Assembly: GCA_964487485.1 (NCBI GenBank)
Contig: CAZAQQ010000003.1
Span: 1-24,377, forward strand
From: an uncultured Candidatus Bathyarchaeia archaeon
GTDB lineage: Archaea; Thermoproteota; Bathyarchaeia; 40CM-2-53-6; CAZAQQ01
Reading direction: 5' to 3'
DNA: 24,377 nt
In this document: piece after piece, positions 1-7,944 of the stretch
Position numbering within the stretch: the stretch's first letter is position 1
How the letters are laid out: each line of letters starts with the position of its first letter
Notes under the pieces: generated by a model
Told to the model about the DNA's origin: nothing
Seen by the model: the letters and a program-made list of their open reading frames with translations, nothing else
Databases searched by the model: none
Program-made: the position numbers and the translations under genes

Positions 1-179
1 TTAAGAACCATGGTTAAGGCAGCTGGAAGACAAATTGGCTCTGAGCCTTGAGAGATGAAGGGAACATTCAAAATCTTCTTGGGTGACCCCTCGGCAACCT
101 CGAAAAATGTTGTCGAGCCAATCAAGGCAAAGACTAGGAGGGAAGACAGCAATACCTTTCCTAACCTATGCCTTTTCAA
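1..179 (-). CDS. 5'-partial gene (runs off the window) for a secreted C39-like cysteine peptidase domain protein
   Basis: Manual translation from TTG at 179 (GGAG upstream): MKRHRLGKVLLSSLLVFALIGSTTFFEVAEGSPKKILNVPFISQGSEPICLPAALTMVL. Basic plus hydrophobic signal peptide, then the VP-x-x-x-Q-x5-C-x-P-A-x-x-x-M-V-L pattern typical of C39-like peptidases. Not in the ORF track (59 codons in window). Confidence 0.7.
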   Translation of the reverse strand, partial: MKRHRLGKVLLSSLLVFALIGSTTFFEVAEGSPKKILNVPFISQGSEPICLPAALTMVL

Positions 180-290
180 ACTTATCTCCGTTCCGGTCTC
201 GGGCAAAGATTAGCTCCGAGAGCACAATCTCGAAATATAGGTATGAAGAGACGCAGCATATATGATTGCTTCAGAATGCAGAGGGGATGT

Positions 291-635
291 TCACGGGAGA
301 TATTTCTTGACTGTAATAGAAACTGCGTGAAGGATGCAGCCAAAAGCACGGTGATTGGCTTTCCGCCCTTTCGTGAAATCAATCCGGAGCGGCTAACTCG
401 CACCTTTCTCGCGTAAGTGCTGAACTAGGGCTTGGCCATACTTCGCGTTAAACTGCATAAAACGTTCAAGGTCTAACAGCCCCATCCATAAGCTTAGGAA
501 AATAGCTTTGTTTCGCAATGAGGCGCCTTGAATAATGTTCCGGATTTTCTCAACGTCCAACTTACCTAACGTCGGTTCTTTTGTGGCGTTGGGCTTGAAG
601 TCGTCTCTCGGCAATTCTACGGGTTCAACAATCAA
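291..635 (-). pseudogene. Probable tyrosine recombinase/integrase remnant (middle part only) with an internal amber stop
   Basis: VELPRDDFKP...KLDVEKIRNIIQGASLRNKAIFLSLWMGLLD resembles the linker and first box of archaeal integrases. After TAG at 393-395 the frame continues PLRIDFTKGRKANHRAF to TGA at 291. No N-terminal domain and no HxxR/Tyr catalytic C-terminus seen. Confidence 0.45.
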
Positions 636-660
636 ACTCTAAGAGAAACGATTTGAACCC
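621..660. repeat. Inverted repeat/hairpin GGGTTCAA...TTGAACCC
   Basis: 8-bp perfect arms at 621-628 and 653-660, extendable through ATC/GAT with a 2-nt bulge. Confidence 0.7.
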
Positions 661-751
661 GAAGATCTAAGAATGGGAGGTCGGAGCAAGTTGCAAATTG
701 GTGGAAGAACCCCATATGCGAAAGGAATCTATGCAGTGGACGGCCCTCCCT

Positions 752-773
752 TGTAGTTACAGCTGTAATTACA
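752..773. repeat. 22-bp near-perfect palindrome TGTAGTTACAGCTGTAATTACA
   Basis: Self-complementary except for one G/T pair. Confidence 0.85.
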
Positions 774-991
774 CCCCCCGGTACTAGGTATGTAGGCGCC
801 CCCTCATGTGCACGACTGTGTACACATCCGCCTCTGTTTCTCGCAGGCGGAATCCCATGTCTTAATAGGTAAGATGCTGAACATCTCAGGTCATGATTCC
901 GAGATACTCTTTTCAGAGCCTTTTGGGTTCGCGGCACCTGTGGACGCTTGACGCTTTAACATCATGAAATAACTAGCTTGTAGCCCTTAGC

Positions 992-1005
992 TCAAAAGCT
1001 TTTGA
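992..1005. repeat. 14-bp perfect palindrome TCAAAAGCTTTTGA
   Basis: Identical to its own reverse complement. Confidence 0.8.
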
Positions 1006-1059
1006 CAACGAATCTAACTAGGCCAAAACGGAGCTAGAAAAAAGGGGGAAAGGTTGAGT

Positions 1060-1419
1060 TCACATTGTAGCTGGGCTGAAAACATCGTAAAGCAAAGTAT
1101 CTTCTTCAAAGCGCACTTTATGCTTCGTATTCTTGGGTACCCTGATGATCATGCCCTTGCCAACGTCAAACTCGCCGATGCCGTCTACCCACATTTTGCC
1201 TCTGCCTGTCAACGGATAGAGTATGTCGTCTTGCTCCTTGTGGACATGCTCAGGCACCTCAAAGCCTTTCTTAGCCCTGACTAACATGCAGGTTACGTCT
1301 GCTCCATGATCTTTCTTCGATAGCAAAACCTTGATTTCCACACCTTTCGCTATGGGGTGAGGATTCCACGCCACATCATCTTCCTTGGTAACAACCTTCA
1401 TCCCTATCCCTTCTCTCAT
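1060..1419 (-). CDS. Cupin domain protein (metal-binding beta-barrel)
   Basis: Motif 1 GFEVPEHVHKEQDDILYPLTG (HxH plus acidic residue) and motif 2 GMIIRVPKNTKHKV; 119 aa; T-rich tract after the stop on the minus strand. Confidence 0.9.
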   Translation of the reverse strand: MREGIGMKVVTKEDDVAWNPHPIAKGVEIKVLLSKKDHGADVTCMLVRAKKGFEVPEHVHKEQDDILYPLTGRGKMWVDGIGEFDVGKGMIIRVPKNTKHKVRFEEDTLLYDVFSPATM

Positions 1420-1446
1420 ATGGCTGAAACAAATCTATGTTCTAAC

Positions 1447-1454
1447 TTTTAATA
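1447..1454 (-). promoter_or_regulatory. Putative TATA box for the cupin gene
   Basis: TATTAAAA on the minus strand about 28-35 nt upstream of ATG 1419, consistent with a nearly leaderless archaeal transcript. Confidence 0.4.
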
Positions 1455-1472
1455 TTACCGTCCATGGTTCCC

Positions 1473-1492
1473 AAAAAAGGGGAGATAGCCCC
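1473..1492 (-). terminator. Putative terminator downstream of the acyl-CoA ligase gene
   Basis: Minus strand GGGG-CTATCT-CCCC-TTTTTT: short GC stem followed by a U6 tract, about 45 nt after the stop at 1537. Confidence 0.6.
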
Positions 1493-1536
1493 AACACATG
1501 TGTCGAACATTCGCACGTTTAGGTTTGTCAAGCGAG

Positions 1537-2889
1537 TTAATGCTTGCGTTTGTCTAGGAGCCGCCAGACGCGGGTTGCTTTCACTCTCTTCTCCGGTGAA
1601 GTCTTCTCTGCGAGGCCGCCGAAGGGATAAAGCTTAACGTCTACGCTGAATCCAACTCCAGCGCGCAGACCCTCCTCCAACCTTGCCTTTAGGTCTTCCA
1701 CGCTTTTTGTTTTGGCATCAATATACTCAACATGCAATGTACAGACATCAACGCCGCCTGGATTGTCCACTTCAATTAGATACTCGCTGCCTAGTTCTGG
1801 GAACTTGCCCATGGTTGCTTCAAAGGCTGATGGGAAAGACATGATGCCTTTTACCTTGAACATATCGTCTGCTCTGCCTTTTATCGGGGCTATCCTTCGG
1901 AGGGTTCTACCGCATGCGCATGGTTCCTCAATAATGTAGGTTAAGTCCTCTGTATTGTACCTAATCACGGGCATTGCTTCTTTGAATAGGGAGGTAACAA
2001 CCAAGACTCCTTCTTCGCCCGGCCTAAGGGGCTCTTTTGTATCCCTATCCAATATCTCAAATATGTAGCCGTCTTCATTGATGTGCATGCCGTACTCGGG
2101 GCAAACGAATGTTGGAGACCCTATCTCCACTGTGCCCCAGTTATTGTAGGTTTTGCAGCCGAACTTATCTTCTATCCTCTTCCTCATTGGGTCTGGAAGC
2201 GGCTCCGCGGTGTGGGTAGTGATACGAATCTTGAGATCTTTTCTAGGATCAAGACCCATCTTCTCAGCTTGATCCCCGATGTACAGCGCGTAGGATGGCG
2301 TGCATGCAAGAACCGTCGAACCCCAATCCTTCGCAAGCTCAACCTGTCTAATAGTTGGCGTCACAGCTCCACTGCCTGCCGGTACGACCATGGCTCCTAG
2401 CTTCATGGCGCCTTCGCTGAAAGTGAAGCCGGGGATGAAAAGCGAGTATGAGAATGCTACCTGAACTATATCTTTTGACCTAACTCCCTGTATGTATAGC
2501 CTTCTTGCCTGGAGATTGGCTATAACTTGCCAATCATACCATGTGTGGAGAATAGGTTTCGGTTTTCCCGTTGTCCCTGTTGTGGATTGTATTCTAACGA
2601 AGGGAAGATCTCCGAAATCTCCGAAGGGCGGTCGCGCTTGGTATCCTTTCTGCAAGCCAAGCTTGTCGAACCAAGGTAGCTTAGATACGTCTTCAGCTGT
2701 TTTTACATCTTCGGGCCTGACACCTGCTGCTTCCCACAGTTTTCTGTAGTATGGTATTCGATCCCACGCTTTCTCGACCTGCGCTCTAAGCCTCCTGTCT
2801 TGAATCTCCTTAATGGTCTTCCGAGAAGCTTTCTCAAGCTTCTCAAAGGCTGGCCCGTACGGGAAATCTATATCCCATGGTTGAGACAA
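1537..2889 (-). CDS. paaK: Phenylacetate-CoA ligase family (PaaK-like) AMP-forming acyl-CoA ligase
   Basis: 450 aa; STTGTTGKPK P-loop, ACTPSYAL, TAEP, YNNWGTVE, IRYNTEDL and IKGRADDMFKVKG motifs of the PaaK family. The symbol is family-level; the substrate is not established. Confidence 0.9.
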   Translation of the reverse strand: MSQPWDIDFPYGPAFEKLEKASRKTIKEIQDRRLRAQVEKAWDRIPYYRKLWEAAGVRPEDVKTAEDVSKLPWFDKLGLQKGYQARPPFGDFGDLPFVRIQSTTGTTGKPKPILHTWYDWQVIANLQARRLYIQGVRSKDIVQVAFSYSLFIPGFTFSEGAMKLGAMVVPAGSGAVTPTIRQVELAKDWGSTVLACTPSYALYIGDQAEKMGLDPRKDLKIRITTHTAEPLPDPMRKRIEDKFGCKTYNNWGTVEIGSPTFVCPEYGMHINEDGYIFEILDRDTKEPLRPGEEGVLVVTSLFKEAMPVIRYNTEDLTYIIEEPCACGRTLRRIAPIKGRADDMFKVKGIMSFPSAFEATMGKFPELGSEYLIEVDNPGGVDVCTLHVEYIDAKTKSVEDLKARLEEGLRAGVGFSVDVKLYPFGGLAEKTSPEKRVKATRVWRLLDKRKH

Positions 2890-3001
2890 TTCTGATCGCC
2901 GTTAACTTTCTCATCAGTGGCACATTTATTAGACTATCCGTTAAGATTTGTAACCCACCTCCCTAAGGACAAGGCAGTCATTCGAAAGACTATGATACTA
3001 A

Positions 3002-3295
3002 ATGTTCCACGCGCTCTATCTTGACTGGCACCAGGTAGGCCCTAGTGGCCAGTTGAAAAAAGCTAATTTTGACTCTAGAAACATAAGGCTAATTCATGAT
3101 AGGGATTTAGGATGGTGTTTTTTTCGAGGAGTTGAAATCCTCAACGCATGGACTAAAGCTGGTTTTCTTAAGGAAAGTGGCTTTTTGAGCAAGAAGTATC
3201 AGCTAACCGAAAACGCAGCGAGACTGCTGTCGAAACACAGAGAGGAGTTGCCCAAAAACTTAAATTTCCTGCGAACTAACAAGCCGACAAATTAG
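3002..3295 (+). CDS. Hypothetical protein, possible winged-helix fragment
   Basis: 97-aa ORF directly upstream of the CoA-transferase genes; ILNAWTKAGFLKESGFLSKKYQLTENAARLL resembles the helix-wing end of wHTH regulators, but the N-terminal half is unconvincing. Confidence 0.35.
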   Translation: MFHALYLDWHQVGPSGQLKKANFDSRNIRLIHDRDLGWCFFRGVEILNAWTKAGFLKESGFLSKKYQLTENAARLLSKHREELPKNLNFLRTNKPTN

Positions 3296-3307
3296 GGTGC
3301 TTAAAAT

Positions 3308-4261
3308 TTGGTGCTTTATACCAGTGAGGATAAGCTCATGCCGCTGAGCGAAGCGATCAAGAAATATGTGAATGATGGAGATAAGGTCTGCTTCGGCGGA
3401 GCCTTGATCCTCAGGGAACCTATCGCTGCAATATATGAATTGATCAGGCAGAAGAAGAGGAACTTGCATATTATCGGAACCGCGCATGGCTTTGATGTAG
3501 ATCTGGCTTGTGGCGGGGGGATCGTAGGCACGGAAGAGCATACCTACGTGGCCTACGAGTTCGTTTACCGTGGGGGCTGCCCAAACTATAGAAGAGCAGT
3601 TGAACAAGGTAAAATTGAGGAGAAAGAGAACTGCTGCTACTCTGTCATCGCGGGGCTAAGAGCACAATCTTATGGGCAAACCTTCTATCCTGTAGACTTC
3701 CTCCATGGGACAGAAGACATCAAGTATCATCCGGAATACAAGGAGATTACTTGCCCCTATACAGGCAGAAAACTCATAGCAGTCCCACCTATTAAACCCG
3801 ATGTGGCGATTCTTCATGTTTACAAGGCTGATAAGCGCGGCAACGGCGCGTTGGGAGCGCCTCTTGTCGCCGACGTACTCATGATGAGAGCTGCTAAGAG
3901 GACTATATTGACGGCGGAAGAAATCGAACCTACAAGCTGGTTCACTGAAAGACAGGCCGCTCTAATTCCCTACTTCCACACCGCAGCCGTGAGCCATGCG
4001 CCCTTCGGAGCTCACCCAACTGCTTGCTACCTCTACTACACATACGATAAGGAATTCCTCAATGAATATCTAGAGTATGCGCGTGAGGGAGATGAAAGTA
4101 TGGCGAAATGGCTTGACAAGTACGTTTACGGCGTTTCCAGCCACGATGAGTACTTGAAGAAAGTTGGAGAGGAAAGGTTGAAGCAACTACGAGACTGGAG
4201 AAAGATGAGGGAAGAAGCAGAAAACCTGAGGAAGAAACTGAAGGAGGAATGGGTGATCTAG
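3308..4261 (+). CDS. Family I CoA-transferase alpha subunit (GctA/IpdA-like)
   Basis: MPLSEAIKKYVNDGDKVCFGG, KPDVAILHVYKADKRGN, AAKRTILTAEEI and APFGAHPTAC are typical of glutaconate CoA-transferase A-type subunits. Confidence 0.9.
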   Translation: MVLYTSEDKLMPLSEAIKKYVNDGDKVCFGGALILREPIAAIYELIRQKKRNLHIIGTAHGFDVDLACGGGIVGTEEHTYVAYEFVYRGGCPNYRRAVEQGKIEEKENCCYSVIAGLRAQSYGQTFYPVDFLHGTEDIKYHPEYKEITCPYTGRKLIAVPPIKPDVAILHVYKADKRGNGALGAPLVADVLMMRAAKRTILTAEEIEPTSWFTERQAALIPYFHTAAVSHAPFGAHPTACYLYYTYDKEFLNEYLEYAREGDESMAKWLDKYVYGVSSHDEYLKKVGEERLKQLRDWRKMREEAENLRKKLKEEWVI

Positions 4262-5161
4262 ATGCCGAAGATCGTTGACTATAGTATAGATGAACTTATG
4301 GCCGTCTGTCTTGCTCGATGCATATCCGATGGCGACATGGTTTTTCACGGTGTAGCGTCACCTTTGCCTATGACTGCCCTTTATCTAGCGAAGAAAACTC
4401 ATGCGCCCCATATGATTTATCTCGCAGGAGTTGGTGGCGGACTCGACCCTACGCCACCCTTTCTCCCAGAATCGACAAATGATATTTGGCTGCAATGGGG
4501 ATCAGTGTACGCCCTCACGATAGACAGAGTATTCGACTACTTCGCAACGGGTGACTGCACTGTCATGTTCTTCAGCGGTGGACAAATAGACAAGTACGGA
4601 AGCACCAACAACACTTTGTACGGGAAAGATTGGAGAAGGCCCAAGACAAAGTTCCCAGGAGGCGCAGGAGCCTGCAATCTTCACTCCCTCACACCGAAAG
4701 TTGTTGCGTGGACGACTAGGCATAAGGTGTTCGCCCATCCTAAGACAGGTGAGAAGCTTTACACATTGGTTGATAAGGTTGACTTCGTCACCTCTGGTGG
4801 GTACATTCTTCCAGACCCGAAGGATCCGGCGAGGAAGAGGATGATAACAAGGGAGGAAGCGGGATGTAGACCGGGGACAGGACCCTACAAATGCGTAACT
4901 GACCTAGGTGTTTTCGGGTACGATGAGAAGACGAAGATAATGAAACTCGAGTCTGTACATCCAGATGTTACCGTCAAGGATATTCTTGAAAACACGGAGT
5001 TCAAGCCCGTAATTCCAGATCAGAGCAATGTGCCAACCACGAAACCTCCAGCAAAAGAGGAAGTATTGTTGCTAAGGACTGAAATAGACATATACAGAAT
5101 GCGCGTGCTGGAATTCCGCGGCGGAGCTAAGGAATGCGACTCTCGAAGATACAAATTCTAA
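4262..5161 (+). CDS. Family I CoA-transferase beta subunit (GctB/IpdB-like), canonical catalytic Glu apparently absent
   Basis: DELMAVCLAR, FFSGGQIDKYGSTN, FPGGAGA, VDFVTSGG, VTDLGVF and LESVHPDVT motifs. GGTGA ribosome-binding site overlaps the end of the alpha gene. IYLAG occupies the position of the usual xxESG motif. Confidence 0.9.
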   Translation: MPKIVDYSIDELMAVCLARCISDGDMVFHGVASPLPMTALYLAKKTHAPHMIYLAGVGGGLDPTPPFLPESTNDIWLQWGSVYALTIDRVFDYFATGDCTVMFFSGGQIDKYGSTNNTLYGKDWRRPKTKFPGGAGACNLHSLTPKVVAWTTRHKVFAHPKTGEKLYTLVDKVDFVTSGGYILPDPKDPARKRMITREEAGCRPGTGPYKCVTDLGVFGYDEKTKIMKLESVHPDVTVKDILENTEFKPVIPDQSNVPTTKPPAKEEVLLLRTEIDIYRMRVLEFRGGAKECDSRRYKF

Positions 5162-5235
5162 TGCTGGGACTGCCTTTCTGGGGTAACGCGCACTAAAACA
5201 GCCTTGGTCTATCAATCAAAGCTTCTTTCTATCAA

Positions 5236-5625
5236 CTAATTCCGCGTTCGGTGTTGCTCAGCATAAGGGCCATGCTGATTTTCCGTTACTACACCTGTTA
5301 CGAGGTCGATTGCGAACAATATGTCTTCTCTAGGCAGCATGCTTGATAGTGTCGCAAGAACTTCTCTAAGCAAGTCCTTTGGCACAAATTCCGGCGGCTC
5401 CATAGCCAGTCTCAGCAACTGAACGGCTTTTCGTTGTGCCGGGAAATTTAGTCTAGACCGCGCTAGCTCCTCCAACGTTACGCCCAGAATCACCGACTCT
5501 CTTTCGTAGAGATAGAGGAGCACATCTGCGATTTCTTCAGAGGAGACTGACTCAACTTTCTTAAGAGCCAGCAAGAGTTTCAGTCGCCTCTTTCGACGCC
5601 TTTCAAGCCCAGAATAATTGGTCAC
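5236..5625 (-). CDS. Hypothetical helical protein
   Basis: GGAGG 7 nt upstream of GTG 5625 gives a ~129-aa ORF (MTNYSGLERRRKRRLKLLLALKK...); protein-like composition; no family recognised. Confidence 0.55.
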   Translation of the reverse strand: MTNYSGLERRRKRRLKLLLALKKVESVSSEEIADVLLYLYERESVILGVTLEELARSRLNFPAQRKAVQLLRLAMEPPEFVPKDLLREVLATLSSMLPREDILFAIDLVTGVVTENQHGPYAEQHRTRN

Positions 5626-5744
5626 CACTGCGCCTCCTAATTCCTCCCTGTTATGAATGTGAATGGCAATCATGTGCATTTATGAAAGTAGCATCGTTCT
5701 AGCTAGCATAAAGGTCACATTCTTCATCACAACTCCACTTTGCG

Positions 5745-6032
5745 CTAGGCAAACCTATCGCCGAAAACTTTGTAATCTTTCTCCAAAAAGTTAGATAGTT
5801 GTCTAGCTAAAATCTTTGTTGAAGACTTCGAGGCCGAAGTTCCTAGCATACTAAACTCATAATCGCACCTGGGGCACCGAACTCTAGGGCATCGAAGAAC
5901 AGACTGTTGGCAACCAACGCAGGCTACGGCTCTAGAGTAAAGGATTGAAAACCTAAATCCGCAGTTGGGACACTGCACAAGGTTCGTGACTTTCTTTGTT
6001 CTTCTTATTTCTTCGATTTCCCAAGGTTCCAA
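5745..6032 (-). CDS. Small Cys-rich (7 Cys) zinc-ribbon or Fe-S-like protein
   Basis: CPNC-x13-CVGC-x6-C-x4-CPRC. The start is moved to TTG 6032 because the track ORF (to 6203) overlaps the corrinoid gene on the other strand. Confidence 0.75.
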   Translation of the reverse strand: MEPWEIEEIRRTKKVTNLVQCPNCGFRFSILYSRAVACVGCQQSVLRCPRVRCPRCDYEFSMLGTSASKSSTKILARQLSNFLEKDYKVFGDRFA

Positions 6033-6099
6033 AACGGAAGCCAGCTCTGGAGCAAACTCTAATATATCTAGTAGGTTAAAGCTAAATCCGGCGATTATT

Positions 6100-6738
6100 A
6101 TGTCTTCTGAAAAGGAAATTCTTGAAAGGCTGAAAGCATCTGTGGCCGCAGGCGAGGAGGAAACTGCGGAGAGATTGGCTAAGGAAGCGCTCAGCAAGAT
6201 CAAGCCAACAAAAATCTTGGAAGCCGCGTCAGCGGGGATGGCAGTTATGGCGGAAAAGTACTCGCGTAACGAAGTATTTCTGCCTGAGGCTACTGTTACT
6301 ACAGCCGCTTTCTACAAGGCGTTTGAAGTCGTACAGCCTGCGATGAAGGAGGCTGCGCCGCCAAAGCTCGGTAAAGTAGTTATTGGAAGCGGCTTTGGGG
6401 ATGTGCATGATGTTGGAAAGAACTTGGTTAAAGTCATGCTAGAAGCAGCAGGGTTTGAAATCTATGATTTAGGACGTAATGTGACAGCTGAACAATTCCT
6501 AAACAAGGCGATGGAAATCAAGGCGGATATAGTAGCCATATCAGCCTTATACACGCCTACTGTCGTTGACATAAGGAGGTTTGTTAAGCTGCTGAATGAG
6601 AAAGGTGTCAAGGGCAAAATCAAAGTTATGATAGGCGGCGGCTCTACGTCGCCAGCGATTGCTGAAAGCCTAGGCATAACCTACGGAAAAGACTTGCATG
6701 ACGCAGTTTTGAAGGCCAAAGCCTTGGTGGGTAGGTGA
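6100..6738 (+). CDS. Methyltransferase cognate corrinoid (B12-binding) protein
   Basis: Four-helix cap followed by the DxHxxG motif (GDVHDVGKNLV), LEAAGFEIYDLGRNV, SALYTPT and IGGG. Real start ATG 6100 (212 aa); the track's N-terminal 45 aa overlap the opposite-strand gene. Confidence 0.93.
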   Translation: MSSEKEILERLKASVAAGEEETAERLAKEALSKIKPTKILEAASAGMAVMAEKYSRNEVFLPEATVTTAAFYKAFEVVQPAMKEAAPPKLGKVVIGSGFGDVHDVGKNLVKVMLEAAGFEIYDLGRNVTAEQFLNKAMEIKADIVAISALYTPTVVDIRRFVKLLNEKGVKGKIKVMIGGGSTSPAIAESLGITYGKDLHDAVLKAKALVGR

Positions 6739-6744
6739 GGGAGC

Positions 6745-7818
6745 ATGGCAAGTAAGGAGCTTTCTTCTTTCGACAGGATTGGGATGGCGGCAAGAGGGGA
6801 AGAACCGGATCGCGTGCCTATGGGTTGGCTTGGACACTTTGAGCAGGGAATTGCCCTGCCTAATGTGAAAGTGTTTGAGGTTGTGACTGACAAGTCAGGT
6901 CGAAGGCTCTTTCAAGGAATAAAGGCTGTTTTTGATCGTTACAACCCAGATGCAATCACTGTGTTCACTTACACAATCGTGGAAGCTGTAGCTATGGGAA
7001 CAAAGCCCAAGTATTATCCGGATATTCCGCCAGGTCCGTTTGAATATGTGGTGAAGGAGCCGAGGGATCTTGATTTGCTTAAGATTCCGGATCCTAGGTT
7101 CGATGGAGATTTGCCCTGCATATACAACGCCATAAGGCAGGTTGTGAAGGAGTATGGGGGCAGAGTACCTATCGCATCGAATACGACGGGGCCATGCGCA
7201 GTCGCGGCAAGGATCAGAGGCCTTTGGGAGTTTTGCTACGATATTATGAAGAGGCCTTGGTTTGCACATGACTTAATGGAGCATGCAACTCAAGCTTGCA
7301 TCAACATTATCAGCCACTACATACCCCTAGGCCTCACAGGAATAGGTTGGGGAGCGGGCTCTGAGACAACCATAAGCGCAGACCAATTCAGGAAGTTCGT
7401 GTTGCCCTATGACAGGAGATATGTTAGGGCAGCTAGAAAAATGGGTGTTTACAGCTTTACTAGGCATGTGTGCTCCGGCCCAAGCGCGCCCTACGTTGTC
7501 GATGCCTACACCGACATAGCGAGAGACGGGGCCTACACCATTTGGGGCCTTTTCGAGTCTCCTGAGGTTATGGCTAAGAAAAAAGAGCAGTTTCCAAAGC
7601 CAATCGTAACAGGAGGAGGCCCGAACACATCGCTCGTACAACTGGGCAAGCCTGCAGAAGTAGTAAACGAGGTAAAAAGATGGATCAAGACAGTGGCTCC
7701 TGGCGGGCGATACCTGTTCATAGGTGACTGCGGAATCCCACCTGCTGCAACACTTGAAAACGTAGACGCCTACGTAAAAACAGCGAAGGAAGCTGGAAAA
7801 TATCCGATAAAAATCTAG
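6745..7818 (+). CDS. UroD-fold cobalamin-dependent methyltransferase (MtaA/CmuA family, Zn-thiol type)
   Basis: EEPDRVP start, VEAVAMG, TTGP, H241-V-C243 and C329 (GDCGIPP...ENV) form the HxC...C zinc site; 6 nt downstream of the corrinoid gene. Confidence 0.88.
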   Translation: MASKELSSFDRIGMAARGEEPDRVPMGWLGHFEQGIALPNVKVFEVVTDKSGRRLFQGIKAVFDRYNPDAITVFTYTIVEAVAMGTKPKYYPDIPPGPFEYVVKEPRDLDLLKIPDPRFDGDLPCIYNAIRQVVKEYGGRVPIASNTTGPCAVAARIRGLWEFCYDIMKRPWFAHDLMEHATQACINIISHYIPLGLTGIGWGAGSETTISADQFRKFVLPYDRRYVRAARKMGVYSFTRHVCSGPSAPYVVDAYTDIARDGAYTIWGLFESPEVMAKKKEQFPKPIVTGGGPNTSLVQLGKPAEVVNEVKRWIKTVAPGGRYLFIGDCGIPPAATLENVDAYVKTAKEAGKYPIKI

Positions 7819-7944
7819 TGCGTTACCATACTATCTTTTTTTGGAAATTATCTTCCATTCTGCGAAATCATTAATCCTAGACCCAAAAGCTAATATGCGC
7901 CTACGGTAGGTGCTGGGTTCTCCAAGTGGTTGGAGGTATATTGT

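Noticed and set aside
640-670. GGGTTCAAATC on the minus strand resembling a tRNA T-arm / att site
   Set aside because: No acceptor stem, anticodon arm or D-arm can be folded around it.
632-937. 101-aa minus-strand ORF upstream of the integrase remnant, plus other short track ORFs antisense or internal to recognised genes (e.g. 1054..1284, 2083..2400, 6895..7269, 10079..10562, 19894..20376, 23841..24080)
   Set aside because: No motifs, atypical composition, no ribosome-binding site; best explained as shadow ORFs.
1060-1419. Cupin as a DMSP lyase (would fit an organosulfur story)
   Set aside because: Only generic cupin motifs are visible; nothing specific to Ddd-type lyases can be supported.
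4259-4264. CoA-transferase alpha and beta genes are in the same frame, separated only by TAG, suggesting amber (pyrrolysine) read-through to a fusion; also TAG at 393-395
   Set aside because: A GGTGA ribosome-binding site sits just before ATG 4262, as in normal translational coupling. TAG ends many clear genes here (7818, 8443, 13347, 22120), and no Pyl-type MT1 or pyl genes are in the window.
5965-6203. Long N-terminal extensions of track ORFs 5965..6738 (+) and 5745..6203 (-), implying overlapping genes
   Set aside because: Each extension is antisense to the other gene's recognisable domain; starts at 6100 and about 6032 remove the overlap.
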